Shown here piece after piece: positions 48,446 through 62,900 of a stretch of DNA of 64,000 bases. The translations under genes and the position numbers were made by a program. Position 1 is the stretch's first letter, and the number at the start of each line of letters is the position of its first letter. The notes beneath the pieces were generated by a model. It worked only from the letters and a program-made list of their open reading frames with translations. It did no database searches and had not been told where the DNA came from. Origin of the DNA: Azolla caroliniana (Eukaryota > Plantae > Polypodiophyta); the NCBI GenBank assembly GCA_043228905.1, contig JBHGNT010000020.1, positions 13,268,001 to 13,332,000 of the forward strand. Reading direction: 5' to 3'.

Positions 48446-48528
48446 ATTCTCACTCTTAATCTCACATTCACCCACCGATTGTATACCGTTCGCACTCCTT
48501 GTATTGACCTCACGGTCTAGAACTCACA

Positions 48529-50140
48529 TTCCGCTCCTTCGGGAATGGGTGTCGGTGTTGCTTGTCGAATTGGCACGCTTCGCATACACCTTCAATCTCC
48601 TTCTCTTTGAATGTCGGGAGTCCGATAACGACTCCTTTCGATCTCATTGCTTTGAGTTTGTTGAGATTGATGTGACCGATTCGCTTATGCCATAGCTCTA
48701 TGTCGGAGTCGGCTTTCGTGCTTTTCGCGAACATGGCGGATTTCATCTCGTGCGAATCGAGAATGAACATCCGGCCCTCTCTTCTTCCGTGTGCGATGAT
48801 TCGGCCTTCTTTTTTTATGACGCACCCTTCTTGATCGAATCGTACTTGCATCCCTTGCTCAACCATTTGGCCGACCGAGACCAAATTCTTCGTGATAGTG
48901 GGAACATGCAAGACATTTTTAATGTATGTTTGCTTATCTCTTTCGCCAAACAGGACATTGCCAATGTGCCAAATCGGGTGTGTAGTGTCATCTCCAGTTT
49001 CGACATAACCAGGTCGCTCCGGCTCTCGAAGTTCGAGAAACCATTCTTTATGGGATGTCATATGGTTTGAGGTTCCGGACTCTACAAACCATACGTCCTC
49101 CAGATTGAGGGCACTAGTTAAGGTAGAGGCCGACATAGAGTTTGCTCTATGTTTCATCATGAACATTCCGCCACGGTCGGAGTTGTATGCGTACATTCCG
49201 CCACGATCCTCGTAGTCGGAGTTGTGCCCGTACATTCCGCTATACTCTTCGTAGTCAGAATTGTGCGCGTAATTCGTGAGTTGTCGGCTTGTGGAAGCCG
49301 ATTCACGCATCTTCTTTCGGCACTCTTCTTCGTGGTGGCCGAGCTTTCCGCAATATCCGCATTCGGTTGCGTTTTGATGGCTTGAGCTGGAGTGAAAGCT
49401 CCCCCTTCTTGCAAAGGTTCCTCGTTGGCCTCCGTTTTGCGGCCGAAATTGAGAGTTGTTGTCGTAGGTCGGAGCTCGTCCGCCTTGTCCTTGGCCGAAT
49501 CGGCCTCTCGCTCGTCCGCGTCCTCTTCCTCCATTAGAGTGTGTGTAGAGCATGTGGCCTTCCGACTCATTGCTCCTTGTACGCACGTGGTTTTCTTCGA
49601 CCAATAGCATTGATTGGAGCTCAAAGAAGGAGAGAGATTTCTCCCGTGCTAGAACGGCGGTTCGCATCGCGCCGAACCGTGGTGCGAGGCCGCCGAGGCA
49701 TATTTGCACCATCTCATCATCATCTATACTTACGCTTATTGAGCCGAGCGAGTCACAAAGCTCCTTGATCTTCAAGGTGTATGTCGTGATGGACATGTCC
49801 CTTTGTTGAATGTTGTTCAACTCTTGCCACAGTTGAAGCTTCCTCGCGGTCGTGTTGGCAGTGAAAATCTTTCGTAGGTTTTCCCACGCTTCCTTCGGTG
49901 TCTTGGCTTCTCGAATGCAATCGAGCATGTGGTCGTGAACACATGTCGCCAAACAATACATCACGCGGCTTGCAGCTTGCTCCCATGTTGCGTATCCGGG
50001 AGCCGCTTCGGCGGGTCGGACTTCATGCACTCCTTTGATGTAGCTCCAATAGCCTTGTCCAACAAGGTATTGGTGCATCTTGTACTCCCAAGATGCGAAG
50101 TTGTTTCAATCCAATTTCTCGGTAGGGAGAGCACTCCCCA
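48529..50140 (-). pseudogene. Original Copia gag-protease-pre-integrase region, with a stop near its N-terminus and cut off by the hammerhead element
   Basis: SALPTEKLD*NNFASWEYKMHQYLVGQGYW.. through KQHRHPFPKERNVS (ORF 48510-50078). Confidence 0.9.
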
Positions 50141-50367
50141 TTTGAGTATTCATTATGTCGATTCTTCTTCTTCTTCTTCTTCTTCTCTCTTCGAGTGCGA
50201 GCTATGTAGCGAAGCTATCAATAGCGATGAGCCGGTTCTTGGTCGTCGGCGTGGAGCACAACACACGATCACGATGAGGCGAATGGGCTAGATCGAGCTA
50301 CCAAACTGCTCTAATACAATGTAAAGAATCAAGAGATGGATTCTTGTGAAGCGGAATAGGTGTGAAC

Positions 50368-50400
<33 letters not shown>

Positions 50401-51393
50401 CAAGGAATACGCAAGGTAAAAGTATATAGACAAAGGAGAAAGACTCGACGTTATACAAGATGGGAGGAGGGTGCTTTATGTAGTCACCCTCTCTCGTCAT
50501 TAACAACAAGGCTCATGGAGCATGGGGAATGTGAAAGCTCATAAGTTATGTGTCATAGAATATAATTCTATGACTCATACTAAATGCTAGAATACAAAGT
50601 GGTGACTCTTGACCGTTGAGGTGTCTCTTCACTCTCAAGGTGAGTTCACACACTAGACCAAGTTGAGCTTGATTCTCAACAGATATATAGCAATAAAACT
50701 TGATGGAAAAGCATTTCTTTGTGTATGAACAAATGTTTGATATATAGTTATCTTGCGCTATTGTTGGAATTCACACACTCAAGCCCTTACACACTTTGAA
50801 GATAGAATACATAATAAAGTTTTCTTTAGTAGTCCAATGGCAAGCAAGAGAGAGAGACTAAAGATATTTTTAAGATACACAAGCAACAGTTTGCGATATA
50901 TGGGACTTGTTCTTGCCAATTTCCCGCAAAGAGCCACAACAAGGAGCGATATACAATGGATGTTTCAATGTACATTAAAGCACTTGAGTTACTTTATTGT
51001 AATCCCGTGAATCACTTAATTTAGGTTTCCACTACCATCAATAATATCATGCATTGCAAAAAACAATGTGTGTTGATTAATTAGGAGCACATCACTCAAA
51101 GGGGTATTATCGCTATTGTCATCATTCATGACCTCACTATGTGGATACATTTAGTTTGGCATGTAATAGATTTAGTTCTAGTTAGACACCTTGAATGACG
51201 ATTAGTGTACTTTAAGATCTCACTTGATATGTAAATTGAGTTGGGTTAGCTAATTACAAAAGTATACATTATGTGGCCTCACATATACCATATAGAGCCA
51301 AGTTTGGCAAAGCAAGGAATTTTGTCATCAAAATATGATCTACATTTCATGTATTTCCAAACACTTGTACCAAACAATCTAAGGTAATGATTT

Positions 51394-51751
51394 CTATCCA
51401 AAGAGCTCACACCAAACCTCATTGAAAACCTTGACAATGGTATGGTGGTATTGGTCGGAATTCAAACCCATGTAACATTGAAGCAATTCCACAAGATCAA
51501 CCATTCTATGAAGCTTCTTGGTAACAATCATCTCTCTCATTGATTCTTTGAAATCTTGACTAGGGTCATACGAACTCTTCACCATAGCCAAACTTTCGTA
51601 CATCTTTAGTTTAGTGTTATTATTCATATAATCATTGCTAGTGAAGGAGGAGGACAAGCTTCTATGGTGGGTTAAGTTCTCATTATCATGATCATCATGA
51701 AGACTAGACTTCATGGTCCGTGAGATAGGTTCCAAAATAGAATGATTGGAA

Positions 51752-51782
<31 letters not shown>

Positions 51783-53142
51783 AAGAAGAAGATTTAGCAC
51801 ATGGCCTAGCCAATGAAGAAGTTTCACAAGAGTTCATGTGATGATTATTGTTGATGACATCTGATGACCTTCTATTGTCTAGGGGTAAACACGAATATTG
51901 ATCAAGTAATGATGAAGTCTTCTTTAATCTAGAATTTGAGGTTTTTGCAGTAGAGGAACTAGATTGACCATTACTACTATGATAAATATTACTATATGGT
52001 AAACTTTTATTGCATGGATTGTTATATAGGCAATCATTAGTTGTGCTTAAATTTACATCATAATAATGTTTCTTCAAGTCTCGACCATGTTTTACTTTAG
52101 CTCTCGATCGAAGCAACTTGAAAAGGTTGTAGTTTGTTGGTGGCCGAGTGTCACAAAATGTATATTGGTTAGAGTTATCAACGCCTCTTAGATTAAGTGA
52201 CTTACATTTCCTCATCCTACTAGAAGCTATAGGTTTACCCTCCATAATTTGGTTGCCACAATTATCTTCACTAGTTGTGATAGAGTTAGAGAAATCTTTA
52301 TCCCAATAATTGCTATAAGCATTGGAGCTAGAGTTAGACGATGAAACACTTCGCCTCACACTAGATGTACCCATCATGCCCTCATCATTATTATAACTAT
52401 TTGTAATAGTACTATTATGATGATTAAGGTTATGATTACCTTCTTTAAGCAAGATATTTTCTTCATAGAAAGTATCTCCACATGTGGTTGGAGGTGACAA
52501 GTCATCACGCCTCCTTGGGGCATGGTCTAGCCATAAATCGAACTTGGGACCTCTTCCTCGCGGATGATGTGTAGGGGTCGGTAACGCAATTGTGGAGGAT
52601 GGGCTCGGATGTAAGTACTTCTTCTTCCGTGTCCCCTCACCTTCCAAGCTTAATGCCTCGAGCCTCATTTTCAATTCTTGCACATCCAAGTAACTATCCC
52701 GACTAGGACGAGGAGCCATAATGGGATTGTGTGATGAACCCGAATGGGAGGTACTACGATTCATCATATAACATTGTTGTGGGGGTGAATGACTATTATT
52801 AGTATGGGTAGGTTGATTTGTACTAGTTATAGGTAATGTTAGGAATGATGAGTTAGTAGTGGAAGTAGTGGTACTAGTAGAAGTGACACTAGGAACATAA
52901 ACACTAGGGTTTGTTTGTTGTAAGCTAATTGTATGATTAACAACATAATTAGCATTGTGCTCCATATCATTAGTATTGTTACTAGAATTACTAGAGAAAC
53001 CATCTGCATCTAGCTCAACTCCATCATTCTTATGAGGGCAATCATTCCCACCACGGCCATTAATGTGATTGAGCTTATTATGGAACCAATTGGAATGGTG
53101 CATAAGAATGTGGGGTAATTTGAGCCTTAGTAGTTTCCCCAT
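51394..53142 (-). CDS. OFP: OVATE family protein (OFP transcriptional repressor), ~582 aa, single exon
   Basis: C-terminal OVATE domain ESLAMVKSSYDPSQDFKESMREMI..LVELLQCYMGLNSDQYHHTIVKVFNEVW. The N-terminus MGKLLRLKL..NWFHNKL resembles the OFP1-type N-terminal motif. First in-frame ATG is at 53142. Confidence 0.92.
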
Positions 53143-53429
53143 AGATAGATGAATCAACCGGGGTCTTTGTTTTCTTAGGGTTTCTCCCAATAAGATTAAA
53201 GCTCACCTCTCTAATGAGATTGGGTCTGTCTAACCTATTTGTATTATTCTTCTCTCTCTCTCTTTCTCTCTCTTTGTGACTATAAATGTATGTATTGTAT
53301 ATATATATATGTATTATGTTATGTTGTAGCTCTCCCTCTTCAGTTTGAGCAGCAACTAAACACACAGAATAGGAAAGGAGATGAAAGCAAGAGGCAAAAA
53401 GCAAGGAGCGTGAAATTGGAAGTCTATTT

Positions 53430-53744
53430 ATTTATTTATTTTGCTTTTTCTTTTATTTGTCTTGTCTTCTTCTTCTTCTTCTTTTCTCATGTTTTTGTTT
53501 TTTCGTTTATTTTTAATTAGAGATAATACTCTCTCTTCTGTTCTTCTGTTCTTCTGTTCTTCTTTTTTTTATTTTTCCTTTTTTCTTTTGTTTTTTATTT
53601 TTATTTTCTCTTTCTAAAAGGATGGGTCCCATTTGATGATTGGAATCTTTTCACATGGCAGTTTCTTATTTGCTCAAATAAAATTAAAATATAGCTTTTT
53701 TTACATTTTTTATTTTCTTTTATATTTTTTTATTTTTTATTTTA

Positions 53745-53775
<31 letters not shown>

Positions 53776-53825
53776 TTATTTTATTTTATTTTTTATCTTT
53801 TATCTTTTATCTTTTATCTTTTGTT
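53430..53825. repeat. T-rich low-complexity / (TTTTA)n tract upstream of OFP
   Basis: Seen directly. Confidence 0.8.
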
Positions 53826-56800
53826 GCGTGTGCTTAATTTGTTACCTCTTTAAATAAAGGGATATTTGAGACAAAGGTCATTTCCTTTGTTTCATATATA
53901 GTCAACTCTTAAATCATGAGGTAAACAAAAAACAATTCACTCTCGTAGCGCAACTCAAGATTAGGCAAGGCCACTGTTGTTCCTCCTATTGATTGCCATG
54001 CAATGTTAGGGAGTTCATAAATGAGGTGCAAATGGGCTTACTAACCACATGGTTGACCTCATCTCGAGTTCCGAAGCTTCACGAAAATTGAGACTATCAA
54101 ACCATGACCTCAATGTGATCACATATGGAAACCTTGTCCGCAACCCAGTCGCGACACATCAAAAGGATCATGAAACATGTGAGAATCGTGGGACTCAGTA
54201 TATGTCAGTCGCCATTGTGTTCTATGAAAAAGTATATGGACGATCTTGTCACATATCACCGCTAAAGAGATGTGATGTTACAGACTCTGGATCATAATGC
54301 AAATTTATATATGGAATATGTAAAGACAAATAAGTGGAAGAATGTTCAGAAGAGAGCAAAGCACAAAGAAGGGAAACCAAACTAGGTATGACAAAACAAT
54401 AAATAAATACAAGTTAACAAACCTTGATGTTTTACTACATGAACCAAACTATGTACATCATGGATAGGAGCCCCATGATATAACAAAACTCTTATCATGC
54501 ATTATCACCCATGATATAACATACTCTTAACAATTTGGTTGATGTGGGCTTACTTGTATGATGTGGGTTATTGAAGCCCCATAATTGGCATCAACCTATG
54601 GAGCATGACTTGAGTACAAGAAATTTGTTGGCTTCATTTTCCACCTTTTGATAACATGGTTTAGTTTTTCCTACAAGATTCTATTATTAACATGTGTTTG
54701 GGGGCTTTTCCTACAATGTCTATCATAATCATGTGTCAAGTGTCAAGTGTTCACTATGAAATGTTAATCCCATTCTTTGGGTTCAACTTAAGGTCCTTTT
54801 TAATACATTCTTTGCATGTAGAGGACTCCCTTTTATGCAAAGAATGTAACAAAAAAGGGAGATTAATAGATTGCATAAAAAAAGGGTATGTTTAATTCCC
54901 ATGGTGTTTATTGGACCAGGGATTTCTAACCAATCCTTGAATGTAGTCATGATTTAAATAGATTTATATAAAGTGAAGCCCCTAAATCCAATGAATGCAA
55001 TTTTGGGTGCGGTTGTAAATTTTTCAATGACATTTAGTATAATATGACCAAATTTGTAGAGCCTTTGAGACGAATCTCCTAATTCATCAAAAGTGTGCAA
55101 TATACTACATAGCACAGCCATTGTTTCTAGTGTTTTTCGCCTCTTTGATGTAAGCTCATTCACAATCATGTGAACAAAGTAGAACATGTAAACCATTGGA
55201 TCTTCCTCGACTATAAGACTACTCATATCTTTATCTCAATTGTAATAGTCATTAATGTGCATGTGTCCTTTTGATAATCCTTATGTTGCTTGGATTTATC
55301 TCTTGAAATAGAGCACCCAATACCTTGTATTTGTTTATTAAGTGCATGTAACAACATTCTCATTTGGAGTTGGGGTAACTTGCTTCCATTTTATCTAACT
55401 TGAAGAGAGTGCCAAGGTGGCACAAATGTTGTGTTGATGTAAGATGTAATAATCACTCCAAACTAACATAATATTGTTCCATAAATGTGATCCATTCGGA
55501 TAACGTTTGTGTCAAACTATGACTTTGTGCACTATTTTGATGCTTCTTGTAAGAAGTAAAATACTATTTGAAAATAATAAAAGCTAATGGAGTAACTTTG
55601 GTCTTGTATAATAATCAATGCCCATAAGAAAATAATAAAGAAACCCAACAATCAATTGGAGAATCCGGTTGCAAATAAACAAAATCTCTGAAAGAATATG
55701 AGATAATAATAAAAATCCCTAATGTGAGAGGAATATGGTGTGGATTTGAGCCGACAATTTCGGGAAAGAACAAGCACAATTTGGATAAGCTAGACATTTG
55801 CCTACTTGAGCCTAGTGTTAATGGCACAACGCTTTTATACCCCATGGTAGCTAATGTAACCACAAAACCATACAAACCTTTCTCATCGTTTACGTTACTC
55901 TAGAATCGTTTTGGGAGATGGGGCCTACTTGCATAACATTTCAATGTCCATGAGGCAATAGTCGAACATTTTCATGACATGACATTTGTCTGAAGCCATA
56001 TGTTTTCCCCAATGATAAACATAAATGTGTTTTAAGCAAAACCAAGTATCTCATAGAACCAATTGTTAACCTAATCATGCGTGATGCCCCTCTTTTTACG
56101 TCAACATGTGTGTCTTGGAACAATTATACATTAAAGTTGGTTTTCACGTGGTTGGCAAATATATGGCATACACTTAATGCTACCATAAGCGCAATGTTAT
56201 GCATTTTTTAAGAGGACCCAAATTCTTCAAAACCTCGAAATCTTTCAAGCATCTATGAAGATCATGGAATCGACTAAAATGTTTATATGTTTTTTCTCCT
56301 TCAATCATAAAAGTTATGTGAGATGCTTCAAATGGGAGGAAGGGGCTACTAACATAATTCCAATTGCGTAACAATGCTTGCAAACTTCTTTCGTAAGGTT
56401 CTTCATGACAAGATTGATTGGAATTGAATAGAGAGCTTAGATATCTATCATTGCATTAGAGCTGTGGAAATCATCAAAATACACTAACTTCTTGGACATT
56501 TCTAAAAGAGAAAAAACAGAATACCCCAACTCTTGGACGTTTAAGTAATGGCCATAGGTGAAATGGATCTACATGTTATGATGCTTCAATTGTTGATTAT
56601 CCAATTAATTGCCTTTGTAGTGTAAAAACGGTGGTAAACTTATGTGTTGGAAGACCAATTTTTGTACGGATTTTGAATGTGAAGATGATGTTTACCTTTG
56701 TAATGCCAAGTTGAAAGAAATGCACCATTTTCTTATAGCCTTCCTATAGAAACAACGCGCACAACATTGTTTTTGCACACCCTTCCAATTCTAGGGGTGA

Positions 56801-58807
56801 TTGATTGTACATATAAATGCATAAAACATCACATACAATGGACATCACATACAATAGACAATGGAGATGAAACCATATTATATTATATTCAATTACCACC
56901 AACAACTGCAATGAATTAAATTTTCATCGAGTTAATGCATTTCAATCTTGGGATGTGGATAAAAAAAACACTAGATGGGTGGAAAACTGACTACAAAGTT
57001 TATACAACTAGTGCATAAATAAGATATTGAAAATCTTCAGAAATAAAAAGAGCAAATGTAAGGGATGTGATAAGAGACTTGACTCATGTCGATACCATGC
57101 ATGCACCCAATTCTATATTTTTATCACCATTCAAGTCTCAAATGCTTTTTTGTCTCACAATTGACTTTTGTAGGGTTAGAACTCTCGACAAACTTTAATA
57201 TGTCTTTCTTAGCTTTCTAAGCTTTCTTTATTATTTTGATTGTTTTTTGACAAATAGAATATGGAATTGTTTAATCGAGCCTTGAATAAGTGATCATCAA
57301 ATCATTGATCTTGGGTTTGATTCCCAAGTACGATGATGCATAATGGGATCTAAGTTGCCAGCTTCCAAACTATAAGTTTGTACTTGAGGTTGTTTAAATA
57401 ACTTGAAAAAACGCACAAGTTTTCCTCATTTTAAACCAACAGCCATAGAGAACATGAGGTTGCAAAGTACTACTACATGCATAGATAGTGTAGAGTCTGG
57501 ACTAACTAGAAATTTTGAGTGGTCCATATCTGAAATTTCATGCCCAATTTTCTCTCTATATTATGTAATTGTAAAAATAAATTTATGTGACCAAGTGTCA
57601 CGGTTAGACTTTATTATACCATACCCATATGAGATAATTGTTATTCTCCATTGAATACATAGTTTAATGATAGTTTGCAACTTGGCCTCTGATCTATAGT
57701 CCTCTACCTATGCTAGAGTTTGTCTCTCGGGGCCACTTTGCATCTAAGATAACCCTTCAAATAATGACCCAATGTCGTGTTTTTTCTTTTGTATTCATGT
57801 GCATGAGCCTTTTACATGTGGCATTGATGGTGATTGGAAGTTTGCATCTAGCGTACCCTCTAGTTGGACCCAAGAGGTATTGATATCTAAAGCACCATGG
57901 CATTATTATTCCTTGGATCCTCACTACAATTTCTAATGACTTGGTTTTATAGGTACATGGTTTTAAGGGAAGAACCTTGATATACCCTTGAGTTGTTCTT
58001 TATTTCTGTAAATGCCCCTATGTCTTCATTATTCATATGCCCTTGGTTAGTCTTGCCTCGAGCAATTATTTGTGTTAGTTGAATGCATGTGCCAGATTAG
58101 TCCCTTTTCTCCCAATTATATGTGTTATTTAGGCATTTATATGGTCATGTTTGTCCCCTTTTTCTTTGTTTCAAGTCTTGACTATGGGTAGATAGAAACT
58201 TGCATGAGTGAAACTTCAATTAGGCAAAACAAATATTGATTGGATTATTCTTTACAATCGGTAACAAGCAATACAATATAGTTACTTATACGATTTCCAC
58301 ACAAGTTTCATGTAGGGTTGACGTCAAGATGGTTCTCCAACACAAGTTAGTAGTGCAAGTTTTAATTTTCATATATGTAGATAATGTCTATGGACTTGTA
58401 TCTAGATGTTTGTGCAAAAAATGCAACCAAATCTAATATTATTGTAACTAGTGTAATTCATTTAGGATAACGAATTCCTCTCTCATAGCTCAATGTTGTC
58501 ATTCACATTAATCTGTAGGTTTTAGGCTTCTATGTCACACGATTGATGGATCTACGAACCCACCCAACCACCCTTAAAAAAAGGCAATCAAAGTGCCATT
58601 TTGGTCATCTAAGCTTAGAAATATCCAAGAATTCCACAAACTAAATATTCAATATTACTCTATTACTAATTACATGACTTTCAAAGAAAAACATTAATGA
58701 ATGTCTACTTACTAACTGAAGATGGTGAGTGGTGGTGAATTAAAAACTATCCACAAATTTTCACTAATAGTTATCCACCTTTATTTTTAGTGAGTATTAT
58801 TTGCATG

Positions 58808-59072
58808 ATAATGCTCTTAAGTCATTCTTTCGTTGTCAATACTGTAAATCTTGAAAAACGACTCGCTCAATGAAATGATAAAGCTCCTACAATAACCTCA
58901 TCTATTACAAAAACTTGTGCACCCAAAATCTACTATTGTCTTTATTCTGTGTGAGTATCATTGGCATCATAATGCTCATAAGTCATTCTTTCGTTGTCAA
59001 TACTGTAAATGAGTAAGGACTCGCTTAATGAAATGATGAAGCTCCTGCTGTAATCTCATCAATAACAAAAAA
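58808..59072. repeat. ~105-bp direct duplication downstream of PIE1
   Basis: ATAATGCTC.TAAGTCATTCTTTCGTTGTCAATACTGTAAAT..GACTCGCT.AATGAAATGAT.AAGCTCCT at ~58808 and ~58968. Confidence 0.8.
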
Positions 59073-59935
59073 TTGTGTAATCTCATCAATGAAGCTCTCT
59101 TGATTTACTACGATTGGATCAAAACACAATCCATATTTATAGATGCCAATCATAATCATATATGTCAAATCTTGAAGGTCAAATAAACACTAAATTCTTC
59201 CCCAAATATATGCATGTCATCTGGCAACTTAGCCATAAAAAACTTTTCCCAAAGAAAAAAGCTCTCTTACATCCAATTTTCTTGCTGTCCAAAGCATGAC
59301 TTGGTCGTCCAGTTACTAATAGAATACATAACAAAGACTCTCATTACCCTTAGAAAAGGTTATGTGCTTTAATGACACACTCGATTAAGCAACTGAATTT
59401 TTTGGTGTCATTTCGAATCCCAGGCCTGAAAACATCAAGATTTAAGGAATACTGACATGGCAAAAGCGGACTCAGAATATACGTCATTCACATCCTTTGT
59501 AACACATTGTGTGAAACTCGAATACAACACAATGAACAGCATATCAGAGTCTTGATACAGTCTGAGAATCATAACCTCAGCAACTCACAGCTTTATCATC
59601 ATCAACAGCACAACAAATTAACATATTTGTTGGGGAAGAAAATTTAATCTCCAAAAAAATTGTTACTATGGTTACAATTTGAACATGAAAAATAATCGAA
59701 CGAACCATGGGGTTAATACAATTCAGAACATAGATCCTTGTGGAATGTGAGTTTCACTTAACTTTTCGAAAGGTAGTAAAGATAGAGAGAAAGGGTTTTC
59801 AACTGAAACCCCGGATATCGATCATTGTTGACGAGTTCTTTAGAAACCCTTCTAAAGGAAGAATGATTTGATCTGAACCCAAGTGTAAAGTATTTGATTG
59901 TTGGGATGTAAACTGAAGCAAAACCTATATATAAT

Positions 59936-62900
59936 TCAGATACTGGCAGTCGTGGAGAGCTCAATAACATTATCATTTTCTTGAGAAATTTGCAGATCAG
60001 GGGGGACTGGAAGAGGGCTTGGGAAGAAATTATCAATCATAGGTCGACCATCAACACTCAGTGAAGAAACCTTCACAGGATGCATTCCTACTGATGATTC
60101 AAGTTCCCATGGTGGCACCTGAGGTTCAGTTGTTTGTAAGCTCCCACTTACATGTGTAAGTAAATGTCTGGCATCATCGTTACAATTATCATCATCATCA
60201 TCATCATCATCCACATCATCCTTTATAATGCATGGGATATCAGATTCTTCACCAAGCCTTTCATGGTGATCCACCATTGCTTCATCATCACCTTCACTAT
60301 CCCTAAACTTAACCTTTCTCGGATCACTCACCAATGCTCTTTCCACAGCTTGTGACACGTACTTGTAAGATGCTGACATTCTCTCACACCCCGATATACC
60401 TGTGAAACTCCGGTCATCTTGCAGATCAGCAGTGATACGGGACTCTGGTGGCATAGTGTCTATGCCTTCGTGTGAATGCTTTCCTAATATTCTGTGATCT
60501 AATGAATTATGGCCCACCATTTCACCAGATGCATCATTGACTTCAGCAGCCATCATGACATTGCCGTGGTTTACGAGAGTGGATCCCTTCTCGACCACAG
60601 TGTCAGGACATTGGAGTTCTCTCGGAGTTTCAGATACCACATTAAAACGGGTGGGGTCTAAGTGGCCTACATCTGTTTTGCTTACGTCTCCACGTTTGTC
60701 TTTCTTTTTCTTTCCCGGCTTCTTTACGTCTGTAGCTTTCCCTGAATCGTTAACTCGTCTCTTTCCTGAACCATGTAGTAATTTATGATCTCCCACAACT
60801 CCCAGACCCTTACCAGCAGCTGCAGCCCACTCTTTACATTCTCCTTCCGCACTCATCTTACAAGCCAACCTGCCATTATAAGAAAGCAAAAGGTTTTAGA
60901 GAAAAGAATCTATAAATTTTCTTTACTTTTTACCAAAAAATAACACAGCTGTAATGTTCTGAGAACCTTACACCCACACATTTTATTCCAAGATAAGGAA
61001 GAGGAAAACAAAATTCTCAAATCCTGTTCTTATTTTTTTTATGTAGCTCAAGACAGAGACAGAGAAAGGTTCTTAACAAAAAGATCTTGCTTATTTGACT
61101 CTAGCTTTAAAAATTCTTCTGATGATTAAAACAGATGGATATCAATGGAAAATCAATCATAGGATTAAAAAAATACTTGACCACAGACATTAGATTAGGT
61201 CGTAAGAAGCATTATGCTCAAAAAATCAAGAGGTGTTCTAATAGTTTTACAGCATAGGAACATCCAAATATGGATAATATGACATATATTGGAAGGCCTT
61301 GAATTTATGAAGCATTTCAAAATAACCCAAGTTGCACATGTTTATCATGATTCATAAGCATGGATTATACATGCATAACTTGATTGAGTCAATAAATTTC
61401 TACATTGCACACCAAATTTTGATTAGCTATGGTAATTGTTGATCAATAAAACTGTACATTGCTTACAATATGTTGACTAGCTATTACTACTAGTTAGTAA
61501 ATTGTTGATTGAGGAGGTTAAAAAGTTGTGTAGAGTTGTTCATATGGGATTAAAGTAGAGAAGAACAATAAGGATAAGGTGGTAATATTTGATGGAGATA
61601 AAGAAGCACAATAAATTTGATATTGCATAAACAACGTTAGGAATCAGAGAATGCTTAAGAAACAAGTTTGAAACTACAAATGTTGAATCTAGGTCGATAG
61701 AGGGACCAAAAAACAAGAAAAATGTAATATATCAATGTTCATCCATTGTTGATGATTCCAAAGGTCTGATTTGAAGGGAACACATGTACTTTCCTAGAAT
61801 CCAAAATTGCAACCACAACTAGAATGATACTGGTTTCTTGTTCTCTTCTTACTGTCAAAAACACCTCCTTCGCCTCAAAAGAACTCTGAATATCTAAAGG
61901 AGAGGCTGATTACAAAATTATGGGTGAACACTATGTTGTATCCTTGGTGTTATTAGTTCTAGTTTTTCTTTTTCTTTGAAAACTGTGAATATCACAGGGC
62001 AACAGCATAGACATACTTCAGGAATTCTGAGATGGAAATAAAAACAACAGAGATGAATAAAACAATCAATATACCTGTATCGTTGATCGCTAAGAACTTT
62101 GGCAAATCGACGGATAAAAGTTTTCAATGTTGTATCTTGATGATAGCGACTACTTGAAGAAGAGGAGTTTGGTGCTGTGATCTGGACAGACTTAGGAAGG
62201 TCTGAGTTATCAGTCTCCAGAAACTCAATATCAATCACAAAATCATCCTCACTATCCTTCAATGGTTCTATATACACTGGGGTTTCTCTTGTTGCCAAAA
62301 TTAAATCAGTTTCTTCACCAGTCCCATTATTTGTCATGTGTTCTTGTTCGGTTAATGCAGCAGCAACTAAGCTGATAGAAGGTGAAGTGTTATTAGGCTC
62401 AACCCCTACTACAGATACCTTATCAAGGTCATCTGCATTTGAGAAAAAAGAAGCTTTTGGAAGACGTATGAATGATTGTCCATGGGGAGAATTTCCAAGC
62501 TTTACAATGGAATTTCTATATGCTTTAGTTGTCTGCCCTCCGTGGAGGCACGTACTTGTGATTGCAGCAACAAAGTGTCGTTGTAGCAACCATTCATCAT
62601 CAGGCAGCTCCTTCACAGCATCAAGAAGCTGACTGATGTGATCCTGAGTGTGTAGCCAAAAAATAATTTAAATTTTTTTGGGTTGAGATTAACAAGTGTT
62701 ATGTAACAAGAAATTTCAAGAGGAACATGACAGAAGTCTTTAGCTGGAGCTACCTCAGAAACCTTCAAAGGTATATTGCTGGCACCATTTTTTTCATACA
62801 TGGGATATGCAGAGGTGATAGATGTATATTTGAATAGCAGTTGGCGAAACCGCTCTCTACAATGTGCAGGGTTCCTATATCTTCCCCTGTATAGACCACC

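Larger units (their letters stand above)
46084..48528 (+). mobile_element. Non-coding hammerhead element copy 2: repeat (46084-46769) - internal region (46770-47892) - repeat (47893-48528)
   Basis: Copy of 42510-44892 that differs mainly in CA/CT microsatellite lengths. Confidence 0.75.
37703..50681 (-). mobile_element. Older Ty1/Copia element, TSD GATAT, internally disrupted and expanded to ~13 kb
   Basis: LTRs at 37703-38087 and 50320-50681 (several substitutions and indels); TSD at 37698-37702 and 50682-50686; degenerate Met PBS at 50308-50319; PPT at 38088-38097. Confidence 0.93.

Noticed and set aside
54000-58700. Short ORFs between OFP and PIE1
   Set aside because: AT-rich intergenic or decayed sequence with no recognisable motifs.
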